A stretch of 64,000 bases of DNA from an uncultured Methanosarcinaceae archaeon (GCA_963727895.1 CAVSHT010000005.1:192001-256000); one strand, 5' to 3'; numbered from the stretch's first letter, positions 34,110 to 45,050 are shown. The notes: generated by a model not told the origin, from the sequence alone. Program-made: numbers and translations.

Positions 34110-34787
34110 TCAATTTTTGTCAACAAGTTTTGCTTCCAAGATTTTTAAAGACCCTATATCTCCTTCCCATTCAACTTCACTTTTTACGATTTCAATTCGC
34201 TTTTTATAAAAAGGAGCATCAAGCACAATAGTTTCGTATTCTCCGCCTTCTCCAGCCATATGAACCATATACCTTTTGTTCAAGGCTTTTAGATGTTCAA
34301 TAGAGTTCACATTTATAGGGCGACCTAGCCAAGACTGGTCAAGGCCTTCAGCTGCAACCTTGACAATCCGGATATCAAGAACTTTTGCCATCTCGTTGAG
34401 CAATTCTTCAGGATTTCTATGCCAGAGTGGTGCATAGACCTTAAGCCCCAGAGAGTCACAGATCTTCTGTACTCTACCTGCCTGATACTGTGATTCAATT
34501 GCACCTACGGATACACCATCTACATCTACTTTCTTGAGAGCAAGAGTCAGATCATCCAGTTCAAGTTCCTTTATTCCGCTGGACTCTTGCTGGATCAAGG
34601 GGATTTCACAGGCGGCAGAGATAAGTTCTACCATGTGGAGGTTGACGGAATGGTACATATAGGAATCGTCCCTTGCGGGAATAATATTAATAAGGTTGGT
34701 GACTTCATACCCTTCTTGAAGGGCATTATATATGGCAAAAATCGAGTCCTTGCCACCGGAGACCAGTGCTGCGAGTTTCATCTGCAT
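34110..34787 (-). CDS. dph6: Diphthine-ammonia ligase-like PP-loop ATPase
   Basis: SGGKDS, SYMYH, GAIESQYQ, PLW, GEGGEYET. Confidence 0.88.
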   Translation of the reverse strand: MQMKLAALVSGGKDSIFAIYNALQEGYEVTNLINIIPARDDSYMYHSVNLHMVELISAACEIPLIQQESSGIKELELDDLTLALKKVDVDGVSVGAIESQYQAGRVQKICDSLGLKVYAPLWHRNPEELLNEMAKVLDIRIVKVAAEGLDQSWLGRPINVNSIEHLKALNKRYMVHMAGEGGEYETIVLDAPFYKKRIEIVKSEVEWEGDIGSLKILEAKLVDKN

Positions 34788-34906
34788 CCCTTTTTGTTTT
34801 ATTATTTTTTCGTACTTTAGGGTTATAATGCGTGGATCATTAGGTAATATTTTATATATTTTTTGACTTTTTCGCCATTTACTTCAGTATTCGCAATTTA
34901 TAGCAT

Positions 34907-35797
34907 TTATTCAAGCCTTCCAAAATTGGATTCATAACGAACTTTCATTTCCTCCCAGGTAGGAAGATTTGTCTGGCAACCTCGCATCTGTACTACAAAA
35001 GAAGATACAGTAGTTCCTATTTTTCCGCATGTAGAAAGTGAGTATCCTCTAGTAAGAGCTAGAAGAAAACCCGCCCTATAAGCATCTCCTGCTCCAGTGG
35101 GATCTACAGCTTTGACAGAAACCACAGGAATTACAAATTCTTCTTTATCTGTATAGATTTTGCTGCCTTTAGAATCGTATGTAACCACGATAATGTCAAT
35201 CATTTCCTTAAGTTCAGAAAAGCTTTTTCCGGTAATCTCCGAGACTCGCCTGATTTCATGCCGGTTAGCAAAAAGGATATCAGTCTGAGTGAGTATGAGC
35301 TCAAGGTTTTCTTTTGAATAAGTAACAAGATCTTGTCCTGGATCGAAGGACACAAAACCAGCAATCTGTGCTATCTTTGCGTTATACACAGAGTCTGCAG
35401 TTGCAAGGTGGACAAAATCTACGGGTCTGGGTTCCAATTCTTTAAATTTTGAGGAAGCTCCCCAGTAAAAATAGGTTGTCTGGTTACTTTCTCTGTCTGT
35501 GAAAACAAATGCTTTGGAAATTTTCCGATTTTCGATTTTATAAAGACGAGAAAGATCTACATTAGCTTCTGTAAGGAGTTTTTCATATCCAGAACTTACA
35601 AAATCCGTTCCTACAGGAGAAATTAACTGGCTCTTACCCCCAAGTTTTGCGATGGCAACCGCAATATTGGCAGCTCCTCCACCAGGATGTTCTTCATAAT
35701 CAATTACAGGAGACGATTCATTTTTTCCTGCAATTTTTTCAACATCTACTATATAATCAAGGGCAGTATGCCCTACGATGGAAATCACTCTGTCCAT
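34907..35797 (-). CDS. PfkB/ribokinase-family sugar or nucleoside kinase
   Basis: GGGAANIA, DPGQ, DPTGAGDAYRAG; ATG 35797 after AGAGG. Confidence 0.92.
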   Translation of the reverse strand: MDRVISIVGHTALDYIVDVEKIAGKNESSPVIDYEEHPGGGAANIAVAIAKLGGKSQLISPVGTDFVSSGYEKLLTEANVDLSRLYKIENRKISKAFVFTDRESNQTTYFYWGASSKFKELEPRPVDFVHLATADSVYNAKIAQIAGFVSFDPGQDLVTYSKENLELILTQTDILFANRHEIRRVSEITGKSFSELKEMIDIIVVTYDSKGSKIYTDKEEFVIPVVSVKAVDPTGAGDAYRAGFLLALTRGYSLSTCGKIGTTVSSFVVQMRGCQTNLPTWEEMKVRYESNFGRLE

Positions 35798-36062
35798 GTA
35801 GTGTCCTCTTTTTGTGGGTTGTGAAAAATCCCGGATTTTTTGAGCAGGCATAACTTTTAAAAATAAAGTCATTAGAAAAGACAAAACTTGCTTTTTTGTT
35901 GTCTTCTGTTAATGGTAAGTATTTTTTCATACAAGGAGTATCATTTTTCAGCCACGTAACATCTAGATGAGCAAAAATCAGAGACATCACTAGGATGCAG
36001 CGACGTGCCTTTTTTATGCCTACTAACAGGCTTTGAAAAAAGCTATTATTTAATCCTTATAT

Positions 36063-36452
36063 TTATTTACCTGTTTTACTCTTCTGTTGCTGTTCTGACT
36101 TTTCAGCTGACCTCTCAAACTCCGTAACTTCCACAACTGTCAAAGGAATATCCCTGAGAGATTTCCCTATTACGGATTTTGCTATTCTTTCTGCATGTTC
36201 CGCAGACTCGGCATCAAAAACCTTCATCTCAAAAATTAGACCGACAAGAGCGGTGTTTGCTGCTATGAATACACTACTAAAAGGCTCACCACATGCTGGG
36301 CAGGACGTAGTTCCCACGTCGACCTCTACAAAATCTAATTTAGGATTCAGGCGTTTTCCAGCTTCTGATATTGCAACTCCGATAGCATCATCAGCTGTCT
36401 TTACATCTCTAACCAACCAAGCTGCTTCAAGTACCACATGGAAGTTTTTCAT
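36063..36452 (-). CDS. UPF0212/DUF555 family protein
   Basis: [40 protein letters not shown]. Confidence 0.88.
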   Translation of the reverse strand: MKNFHVVLEAAWLVRDVKTADDAIGVAISEAGKRLNPKLDFVEVDVGTTSCPACGEPFSSVFIAANTALVGLIFEMKVFDAESAEHAERIAKSVIGKSLRDIPLTVVEVTEFERSAEKSEQQQKSKTGK

Positions 36453-36719
36453 TATTGTCCACCATATTCATTTAATTGTAAGCATAATTGTAAGCATTTT
36501 TAAGGAGATTTCTCGATAGGGATAAGTTTTACAGAATCTAAAGAATAGAATAAAGTATATAAATTGTTTCTGCTTCAAATAAAATAGTATCACGTTTAGT
36601 TTTATAGGGCTTTTCAATTAAGCATTTAATTTTAGTTTTGCAATATTATTCCTTCCATTGTGTATACACTTTTTCCTTAGATCAGGACTCAGTTATTTTT
36701 GATTCTCTATTCCTTAAAA

Positions 36720-37001
36720 TTATATAGTAAAAAGAGTCTCATCGTCTACTGTAAAAATTCCAAGCTTTGCTCCAGCATCAAGCCAGGCATGGCCATAACT
36801 AAAGGAAGCAAGTGCATTTACAGGATCTCCATTTTCCCGAAAATAGACTCCATCTTTATAATAGGCTTCTGCCATCGTATAATAATCCTTTGCAACAGCA
36901 TACATATGAGATCCCTGAATTGGAGAATATTTTGCTTTTTGAAGCGCTCTCTTTAACATATCTTCGTATCTTCTGACTTTTTCATCTAAGACGGCAGGCA
37001 T
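36720..37001 (-). CDS. DUF357 family protein
   Basis: MAEAYYKDG..F, VNALASFSYGHAWLDAG. Confidence 0.9.
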   Translation of the reverse strand: MPAVLDEKVRRYEDMLKRALQKAKYSPIQGSHMYAVAKDYYTMAEAYYKDGVYFRENGDPVNALASFSYGHAWLDAGAKLGIFTVDDETLFTI

Positions 37002-37042
37002 TTTATCACCAAGAAGTATTTAACGATATTAGTGGCCTATCC

Positions 37043-37843
37043 TTATTCCACACCGTTCATGAGCCCGATTGGACCTGCTGCAAGTTTCACAAGCGCTTCA
37101 GCTTCAAGAAAATGGAGTTTTCCAGGAATTACAAGGATATGAAGCGGCTTTCCAAAATCAAAGTCCTTCAGTTTTTCTGCATAATCTGCTTTTACTACTG
37201 GTTTTTCCGAACCTGCCCTAGCTATTCCTACAGTAACGGCTCCATGCATAACTCCTTCTTTTCTCTTTTCTTCTACTTCCAGGAGAAGCTCAAGTGCAGT
37301 ATTTACAGTCATGTAGCCTTTCTCTTTATCTATATCCAGGAATACCAGAGTATGCAATCCCAGTTCCAGGTTCTGCTTTATAATATCATAAGGAGTTTCC
37401 GAGATTACTCTTGTACCTCTCCTGCTTTCATAAGGGTGAGGGATACTTACAGATTTCCCGAAATGATAATTTTGCAGTCCTGTTAGTCCAGAAACAGCTG
37501 AAGCAATGGAAGCACCATGAATTAGACGGGTTTCTATTCCCAGTTTTTGAGCCCTAAGGCGCAAATCTACATGGGTTGTAGAGACCATTGTATCTCCTCC
37601 AGTCAAGAAACAAAGCTTCTTATTTCTTGCCTCGTCGAGCCAATAAGGATGTTGTTCTACGTCTTCCCTTGAAAGCAAAACGACTTTTTTTCCGTAGAGT
37701 TTTTCTAGTTTTTCAAGGTTCGTGCCCATGAGATCGGAGGTATAAAACTCTGCATAAATTAGGTCAGCTTCCCTGATAGCCTCAAGTCCTTTTAAAGAAA
37801 TGTCATATTCATCAAAAAGGCCCAGACCTATAAATGTAAGCAT
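37043..37843 (-). CDS. dph5: Diphthine synthase
   Basis: LTFIGLGL, EFYTS, STTHVDL, GLQNYHFG, HTLVFLDI, PLHILVIPG.LHFLE. Confidence 0.96.
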   Translation of the reverse strand: MLTFIGLGLFDEYDISLKGLEAIREADLIYAEFYTSDLMGTNLEKLEKLYGKKVVLLSREDVEQHPYWLDEARNKKLCFLTGGDTMVSTTHVDLRLRAQKLGIETRLIHGASIASAVSGLTGLQNYHFGKSVSIPHPYESRRGTRVISETPYDIIKQNLELGLHTLVFLDIDKEKGYMTVNTALELLLEVEEKRKEGVMHGAVTVGIARAGSEKPVVKADYAEKLKDFDFGKPLHILVIPGKLHFLEAEALVKLAAGPIGLMNGVE

Positions 37844-37991
37844 AGATCGCTTTAAGAGTCCTGTTTGTTTAAAACTTTTTCTTCGTATATCTTCGATATT
37901 TTCCTGATTTTGGGAGACGCTTAACTTATTTATATTTAAAGATCAAAATACTATATTTGATTATAACTTTAGTTTTCAAGGGGTTTTTATA

Positions 37992-38234
37992 ATGGTTAAA
38001 GTTACGCTTATTCATGCTAGCTGGTGTACTGCTTGTCCAGCAGCTCGTAGATTTTGGAAAGATCTGAAATCTGAATACGACTTTGAGTACGAGGAAATAT
38101 ACGTGGAAACTCCAGAGGGCCAGGCGTTGATAGATAAATATGGCATTGTTGGAGTTCCTACAACTATTATTGATGGAGAAGTGGCTTTTACAGGCCTCCC
38201 AAAAAAAGCTGATGCTATATCTCGTATTAGCTAA
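37992..38234 (+). CDS. Thioredoxin (WCTAC active site)
   Basis: WCTACP and cis-Pro GVPT; directly upstream of thioredoxin reductase. Confidence 0.9.
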   Translation: MVKVTLIHASWCTACPAARRFWKDLKSEYDFEYEEIYVETPEGQALIDKYGIVGVPTTIIDGEVAFTGLPKKADAISRIS

Positions 38235-38306
38235 GTTAGCTCTATAGCTAAGTTATATCTAAAAAATATTTTATCTTAGTCTTTTTTCTAGATTCAGGAG
38301 GCAAGT

Positions 38307-39236
38307 ATGTACGACCTTATTATTATAGGAGGAGGACCTGCAGGGTTAGCAGCCGGTATTTATGCCGTGCGGTTTGGACTTAATACTCTGGTTCTTGAAA
38401 GAAGCGAAATCAGTGGTCAGATTGCACTGTCAGATATGGTTGAAAATTATCCTGGCTTTCCAGCGATCTCAGGACTGGAACTAATGGAAAAATATAAAAC
38501 TCATGCTCGAGCTGTCGGGGTAGAAACAAAGATAACGGAAGTCCTTTCTGTTCGTGCTGAAGGAGAAAAGAAAATAATCTCCACAGATGGTGGCGATCTG
38601 GAATCAAAAACAGTCATAGTTGCTACAGGTGCAAATCCAAAGCATCTAAACGTCCCTGGAGAGGAAGAGCTTATCAGTAAAGGAGTTTCTTACTGTGCTA
38701 TATGTGATGGGCCTTTTTTTAGAAATAAAACTGTTGTAGTAGTCGGGGGCGGTAACTCAGCAGTTACGGATGCTCTTTTCCTCTCAAAGATTGCTCAGAA
38801 AGTGTATCTAGTTCACAGGAGAAACCAGTTAAAAGCCTTAAAAGTCCTTCAGGACAGAGCTTTTAAGGTTCCAAATATTGAGTTTATTTTCAATGCCAAT
38901 ATCCTTGAAATTGTAGGAAGCAGCGAAGGAATTAAAAAAGTAGAAAAAATAAATTATAAAGATATAAAAAGTGGAAAACTTAATGAATTAGTCACGGATG
39001 GGGTTTTCATTTACGTTGGCATTCATCCAAATACTGAAATTATTGATGTAGAGAAAGATGATGCAGGTTTCATCAAAACAGATCGCTTTCTTGAGACTTC
39101 AACGAAAGGAATTTATGCTGTTGGGGACTGTCGTGATACTCCAATCTGGCAGCTTGTAGCAGCCGTTAGAGATGGAGCACTGGCAGCTACTGCTGTAAAT
39201 ATGTACATAGAAAACCCTAAAGAAAAGAATACATGA
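38307..39236 (+). CDS. trxB: NADPH thioredoxin reductase
   Basis: GGGPAG, ENYPG, GVSYCAICDG, GGGNSA, HRR, GIYAVGD. Confidence 0.95.
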   Translation: MYDLIIIGGGPAGLAAGIYAVRFGLNTLVLERSEISGQIALSDMVENYPGFPAISGLELMEKYKTHARAVGVETKITEVLSVRAEGEKKIISTDGGDLESKTVIVATGANPKHLNVPGEEELISKGVSYCAICDGPFFRNKTVVVVGGGNSAVTDALFLSKIAQKVYLVHRRNQLKALKVLQDRAFKVPNIEFIFNANILEIVGSSEGIKKVEKINYKDIKSGKLNELVTDGVFIYVGIHPNTEIIDVEKDDAGFIKTDRFLETSTKGIYAVGDCRDTPIWQLVAAVRDGALAATAVNMYIENPKEKNT

Positions 39237-39428
39237 AGGCAATTTAAATCAAGATTTTCTGAGATTCACCTGAGAAAAATTACCGGATAAATTATTTTAA
39301 TCAGGATTTTGTTCTTAATTCGCCTTAATACTTAATTGTTTAAAATGTTAGAGTGTTCGTAAATTTTTCAAGACTAGCCAGTAAACCTGTCTGCTCTTAT
39401 TTTCATTTTTCTTGTTTCTTTTTCAGGC

Positions 39429-39710
39429 TTATTCAAGAATCTGGTTGATTTTGTTATAGAAATCTATAATCATGTTTGTTGCTTCATTGTCCATGTTCAG
39501 CTGGAAAGTCCTTATTTGCTTTCCCAGAGGTTTTTCTATGACAATGCCTGATGCAATCAGAGGAGTAATAACCCTTGATACGCTGGAGTGGGACAGACCA
39601 GTTTCTTCAGCTATTCCTGAAAGGTATGTTGACTCATTCTGGTGTTCAATCAGATTCTTAAGGACCGTCATCTGTGCAGTTTTTCCAAAGATTCTTTCCA
39701 TAGCGTCCAT
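39429..39710 (-). CDS. Winged-helix DNA-binding protein
   Basis: LSGIAEETGLSHSSVSRVITPL HTH followed by a wing. Confidence 0.85.
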   Translation of the reverse strand: MDAMERIFGKTAQMTVLKNLIEHQNESTYLSGIAEETGLSHSSVSRVITPLIASGIVIEKPLGKQIRTFQLNMDNEATNMIIDFYNKINQILE

Positions 39711-39948
39711 TTATATCATCCCAGAGGTGGCTGTTCTCCGTAAGTGATTCTTATTTCCACTATTAACTTGCTATTTACGGTTATAAACTTATCTCCTTAT
39801 TGGGTAAGCCGACGATCTATAAAAATTCTTCTAAATATTTAGGGGACTCTGTCCCTGACGACTGTGGTAAGTTTAAAGTACTGTTTGTTTGAAAAGATTT
39901 CAGAAATGTTTAAGATCTAATAAAATGTATACTGTATGGTGATGGAGG

Positions 39949-40461
39949 GTGATGAATAACAAAAATCTTGATCATGAGATTTTGAAATTAATTGAAGCGC
40001 AGCCTGAAATAAGTGATGGTGAGATTGCATCCAGTCTTTCAGTTCCGGAGGAACTTGTAAAAGTCCACATTTCAAATCTTACGGACACAAGACAGAAAAT
40101 CCTGATTATGGGTAATGGGAACAGTACTTTCAATATTAAGGCAACGCTTGAAGCTGAAAACTATAATGTTGTCAAAATTCCAGGAGACTTACCCACACTT
40201 GAAGCCATAAAAACTGAAAAACCTGACCTTGTCCTGCTGGACACTGGGCTTGCAGATCTTGAAGGTTTTAAAATCTGCAAACAGCTTAGAACCAGTTCAA
40301 AGTACTGGTGGATTCCGGTAATGGTGCTTAGTGAAACAGGTGAAGTGAAAAACAGGGTAAAAGCTTTTGAATCAGGAGTTGATGATTATGTTACAACGCC
40401 TTTTAATCCATTGGAACTACGAGCCAGAGTCGGAATGGTTTTGAGGAGGGTGTATATATAA
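39949..40461 (+). CDS. HTH plus receiver-domain response regulator (atypical receiver)
   Basis: N-terminal AsnC-like HTH; PDLVLLD...G..IC, IPVMVLS, GVDDYVTTPF..EL.ARV. Confidence 0.85.
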   Translation: MMNNKNLDHEILKLIEAQPEISDGEIASSLSVPEELVKVHISNLTDTRQKILIMGNGNSTFNIKATLEAENYNVVKIPGDLPTLEAIKTEKPDLVLLDTGLADLEGFKICKQLRTSSKYWWIPVMVLSETGEVKNRVKAFESGVDDYVTTPFNPLELRARVGMVLRRVYI

Positions 40462-41153
40462 TTGTAAAGCTTCAATATTTTCAAAAAACTCCTTTTTTTA
40501 ACTTTGCAAACTGGAAAGATTGCTCTAAAAAATCTTTTTTAGGGCATCCATTTGATATTTTTTGACTTAATATATATAAGAATATTTTTAGATATTTTAA
40601 TTAAAGACATTTATTAAGTGTCTTATTTAACGTTTTCATATTACAACTGATAAAATCTATAATTAACTTTTTCTGTGAATTGAAATATCCGAGAGCGTCT
40701 TGTGTATTATTTTTAAAAAGATCTTTGCAAAAAAAATTTTTAAAATGAACGACTGTTATAATATGAGTTTGGTCTAAATCAAAGATTTTGTCCTAAATTA
40801 AGTATCACACTTTAGGAAAAATATTCAAACACGTGATGCAAAAATCCAGTCATCAGCCTTTTTACAGGCCGTGAGAGGAAGAAATTCCAACTTTTTCCAA
40901 GATTAAATTTACTTAAACTTTAACGTTTTATTTAAATGATCAATTTTCCCCATGTCAGGGCAAAATTATGGGTAAAAAAAGACGGAAGAATTTGAGGCTA
41001 AAATATATATATAGTTTATTAACTGGAATAAAAAGTTATAAAAACGTACTATTAAGTTGTTTTGGTTTATTTAATTATCAACCTCACTTAAAAAACATTA
41101 TTTTTAAAATATTTGAGTGTAGAAATATTCCAAAATCTTTAAAAGAGAAAAAT

Positions 41154-41244
41154 ACTTAGGTTAAGTGTAACTATAAAACTTAGGTTAAGTGTAACTATAA
41201 AACTTAGGTTAAGTGTAACTATAAAACTTAGGTTAAGTGTAACT
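41154..41244. repeat. 24-bp tandem repeat, about 3.8 copies (ACTTAGGTTAAGTGTAACTATAAA)
   Basis: Exact copies start at 41154, 41178 and 41202; partial copy at 41226. Confidence 0.97.
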
Positions 41245-41416
41245 GTAACTATATCCTCAAAACTCAAAATTATCGCATGTAACTGCAAATATATCCTTAT
41301 TTTTGGTACTAATTTAAAGTACAAAATTTTTTTAACGTTATAAATGCATATAATTATTATTGCTAGAGAGATGCGATAAAAGTTGGAAAGATATTATCGA
41401 AAAAAGGTGTGGTTGA

Positions 41417-42298
41417 GTGATGACTTCGAATGAGTGGTACAATAAAGGTGTTGCACTCCATGAACTTAGAAGATTTGTAGAAGCTCTGGATGCATACAAC
41501 AAAGCTCTAGAAATAAGTCCTGACAATGCAAAAATCCTGTTCAACAAAGGGATGGTTCTAAAAAGTCTTTTCAAGTATGATGAAGCGCTCGAGGTTTTTA
41601 ATAAATCCCTTCAGATCAATCCTACTGATGAAAAAACATGGTATTCCAAAGCTGAACTGCTGATAGATCTTATGCAGTACAGAGAAGCCTTGGATGCATA
41701 CTATCAAGCTATATATCTAGCTCCTGACAACCCTGAGGTCTGGTACAGGCGCGGAAGGGCACTAAGAGAAATGAAGGCATATGAAGACGCTATGGATGAT
41801 TTTGAGAAAGCTATCTGCCTTTACGAACGGAATTACGATATGAATTCTATGAATGCAAGCGAGTGGTGCAAGAAAGGCATGGGACTCTGTAAAATAAAGA
41901 GTTACGAAGAGGCTATTAATGCGTTTAACAGGGCTCTTGAATTAAACCCTTCAAATGGGAAAGCCCTTTATAACAAAGGTGTAGCTCTTCGCTGGCTCGG
42001 AAAGCATGAAGAAGCAAGACTTTATCTCGAAAAAGCCGTGGAGATTTTTGATACCAAGATAAAAACGAATCCTGATAATGCCAGATTCTGGTATAATAAA
42101 GGAACTGCCTTGAGAGATCTGGAGAAATACAAAGAAGCGCTTCAAGCTTTTGAGAGAGCTATTGAAATTAATCCAAGTTTTACAAAAGCCTGGATTGGTA
42201 AAGGTATTGTATATGATAGAATCAAAAAACATCAGAAGGCAATGGAAGCTTACGAAAAAGCAGTCGATATAAATCCGATATATTCCGATCTCCTTTGA
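41417..42298 (+). CDS. TPR-repeat protein
   Basis: Repeated WYNKG..L..L..Y.EA...F.KAL.INP. Confidence 0.95.
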   Translation: MMTSNEWYNKGVALHELRRFVEALDAYNKALEISPDNAKILFNKGMVLKSLFKYDEALEVFNKSLQINPTDEKTWYSKAELLIDLMQYREALDAYYQAIYLAPDNPEVWYRRGRALREMKAYEDAMDDFEKAICLYERNYDMNSMNASEWCKKGMGLCKIKSYEEAINAFNRALELNPSNGKALYNKGVALRWLGKHEEARLYLEKAVEIFDTKIKTNPDNARFWYNKGTALRDLEKYKEALQAFERAIEINPSFTKAWIGKGIVYDRIKKHQKAMEAYEKAVDINPIYSDLL

Positions 42299-42340
42299 AT
42301 ATCCAAATTTAATTTTTTACGTAAATAAGAGTCCGGGCGC

Positions 42341-42866
42341 TAGATGACTAAGTAGTTACTATGCTAGATGACTAAGTAGTTACTATGTTAGATGACTAAG
42401 TAGTTACTATGTTAGATGACTAAGTAGTTACTATGTTAGATGACTAAGTAGTTACTATGTTAGATGACTAAGTAGTTACTATGTTAGATGACTAAGTAGT
42501 TACTATGTTAGATGACTAAGTAGTTACTATGTTAGATGACTAAGTAGTTACTATGTTAGATGACTAAGTAGTTACTATGTTAGATGACTAAGTAGTTACT
42601 ATGTTAGATGACTAAGTAGTTACTATGTTAGATGACTAAGTAGTTACTATGTTAGATGACTAAGTAGTTACTATGTTAGATGACTAAGTAGTTACTATGT
42701 TAGATGACTAAGTAGTTACTATGTTAGATGACTAAGTAGTTACTATGCTAGATGACTAAGTAGTTACTATGTTAGATGACTAAGTAGTTACTATGTTAGA
42801 TGACTAAGTAGTTACTATGTTAGATGACTAAGTAGTTACTATGCTAGATGACTAAGTAGTTACTAT
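42341..42866. repeat. 24-bp minisatellite, 21 full copies plus 22 bp (TAGATGACTAAGTAGTTACTATGY)
   Basis: Near-perfect array; only the last base varies (C in copies 1, 17 and 21). Confidence 0.99.
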
Positions 42867-42875
42867 AATTTTCGC

Positions 42876-43637
42876 TCAAGCCTTTTTTGAAAAGGCTTTC
42901 CAGACCCCAGGCATATCAAGCATTTCCGAAAATACATTAAGCTTGAAATCAAAGCACTTATCTGATTCTTCTCCATGTCTCCAGTCTCCGTAGGCAGCAT
43001 ATGCGGTTTTAAACCCAAGTTTGTGGGCAGGTACAATATCTCTTTTAATGCTATCTCCAACTACAAGAGTCTCAATGGGTTTTATTTTTAGGGTATCAAG
43101 TGCAAAAAGAAAATGGGCAGGATCTGGTTTTTTTGTGCCTGTTGTATCTGCAGCCACAATAAAATCGAAGTAATTTAAAAGCCCTACTTTGGTAAGTCTT
43201 GCAAGAGCATGATGCGTATCTGCATCCGTTATGATCACAAGCTTTAAACTTAATTCTTTTAGCTTATCAAGAGTATCCGTAACAGTTGGATAGAGTTCGA
43301 GATTTTGTAGTTTTTCCCTTTCATATATTTCACAGCACTTTATGTAGCCTTGAATTGTAAAAAGATTTCTTTCCTGAATATAATCTCGAATATTTTCGTA
43401 ATCTTCAAAACCGTAAGTGCCTCTCAAAAAATACCTGAAAAGTTCCAAAGATTCTTTAGCAGCATTATCTTTTTCCATTCCAATAAAAAAGAGAATTTTT
43501 TTGCATGCTTCCATTTTTGCGGCTACTAAATCAAAAAGAGTGTTATCCATATCAAAAAGTACAGCTTTTAGAGTTACAGTGAAAATCTGCTCTTTATCTA
43601 TCTGGATTGCATTTCTCTTCTTCTCAGTATCTTCCAT
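42876..43637 (-). CDS. HAD-superfamily hydrolase
   Basis: FDMDNTL, IITD, KKPDP, VGDS..RD. Confidence 0.93.
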   Translation of the reverse strand: MEDTEKKRNAIQIDKEQIFTVTLKAVLFDMDNTLFDLVAAKMEACKKILFFIGMEKDNAAKESLELFRYFLRGTYGFEDYENIRDYIQERNLFTIQGYIKCCEIYEREKLQNLELYPTVTDTLDKLKELSLKLVIITDADTHHALARLTKVGLLNYFDFIVAADTTGTKKPDPAHFLFALDTLKIKPIETLVVGDSIKRDIVPAHKLGFKTAYAAYGDWRHGEESDKCFDFKLNVFSEMLDMPGVWKAFSKKA

Positions 43638-43859
43638 TTTCTTTGAACCTGCCGTTTTTTCTAAATTTTGTATATCGTAGTTTTTCTTTCTTTGTTTACC
43701 TTTTGGAAACTTTATTCAGGATTTTTTGGGGAGAGGCTATAAAAGCTATAAAGGCTAGATGTATAGATCATAAACAAACAATAGATTTAAGTAAATAACG
43801 AACACGGATACTTAAAAATACGCAGGTCTATTATAAAAGGCAGAGTAGGAAATTTTGAT

Positions 43860-45050
43860 ATGAGTTCCGATGAACAAAAAGAGAAATCCTTCAAAAAAGA
43901 AGGCGGGGAAGAAAAATCTGAAGACGAAACCATTTCCGAAAACATGTATGTTTTGAATGATTTGGGGGATATAGGAAAGCAGGAAGTAAGTAATGAAGTC
44001 AGTGCAGCCGACCTTAATGAATATGGACTTGATCTCCTCAAGTTTGGTAAACTCAATGAAGCAGTTGTGGCTTTTGAGAAAGCAATCAAAAAAGATCCAG
44101 AGAATATAAATCTATTAAACAACAAGGCTCAAGTCCTTGAAACCCTTGGAAAATACGAGGAAGCTCTTGAGCTTTATGAAAAAGCGATCAAAATAAATTC
44201 AGAAGATCCAGATATTTGGAATAATATGGCTTTTTCTCTTTCTCAGGTTGGAAAATATAAAGAAGCTATCAATGCTTATGAAAAAGCTATTGAGCTGAGA
44301 CCGGATTATCCCAATGCATGGTATGGAAAGGCTTTGAACTTGAACCAGGCTGGAGACTATGAAGCTGCTATTAAAGCTTATGAAAAAGTCCTTGAGGAAG
44401 CTCCTGATTATAAAGAAGCTTGGGTAGGAAAAGGCATAGCTTTCGGTCAAATGGGCAAATATGACGAAGCAATTCTAGCATACGATAAAGCACTTGAAAT
44501 TGACCCTAACTTTCCTGAAGCCTGGCACTATAAAGGCGTGGACATGGATAGCCTTGGCAGCTACAGGCAAGCCCTGAAAGCATATGAGAAAGCTGTAGAA
44601 CTGGACTCTGAAAACGATGATGCCTGGAATAACATGGGGATAGATCTCGAAAACCTAGAAAAATATGATGAGGCAATTAAAGCCTTTGACAGGGCAATAG
44701 AAATCAACGCCGAAAATGCTGATGTTTGGTATAACAAAGGTTTTACCCTCAGCCAAATGCAGAGATTTGAGGAAGCTGTAGAAGCATATAAGAAAGCTAC
44801 ACAGCTTGATCCTGAGTATTTAGAAGCCTATTCTAGTTTGGGCTTCGTGCTTGCCCAACTCAAACGTTTTGAAGAGGCTCTGGACATTTATGAGCAGGCA
44901 CTAAAACTTAATCCTGAGGCTGCAGATTCATGGTTCGGGAAAGCTGTTTGTCTGAGTTTCCTTGGGCATGAAAAAGAAGCTGAGGAAGCATACAAAAAAG
45001 CTGTAGAAATTGATCCCAGATATGCTGATGTGGGAAGAGATATCCAGTAA
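43860..45050 (+). CDS. TPR-repeat protein
   Basis: About ten 34-aa TPR motifs. Confidence 0.95.
   Translation: MSSDEQKEKSFKKEGGEEKSEDETISENMYVLNDLGDIGKQEVSNEVSAADLNEYGLDLLKFGKLNEAVVAFEKAIKKDPENINLLNNKAQVLETLGKYEEALELYEKAIKINSEDPDIWNNMAFSLSQVGKYKEAINAYEKAIELRPDYPNAWYGKALNLNQAGDYEAAIKAYEKVLEEAPDYKEAWVGKGIAFGQMGKYDEAILAYDKALEIDPNFPEAWHYKGVDMDSLGSYRQALKAYEKAVELDSENDDAWNNMGIDLENLEKYDEAIKAFDRAIEINAENADVWYNKGFTLSQMQRFEEAVEAYKKATQLDPEYLEAYSSLGFVLAQLKRFEEALDIYEQALKLNPEAADSWFGKAVCLSFLGHEKEAEEAYKKAVEIDPRYADVGRDIQ

Noticed and set aside
41139..41324. ORF with IVTLNLSF repeats
   Set aside because: Translation of the 24-bp tandem repeat; no SD and no protein-like flanks.
42341..42866. CRISPR array
   Set aside because: Units are head-to-tail with no spacers, and there are no cas genes in the window.
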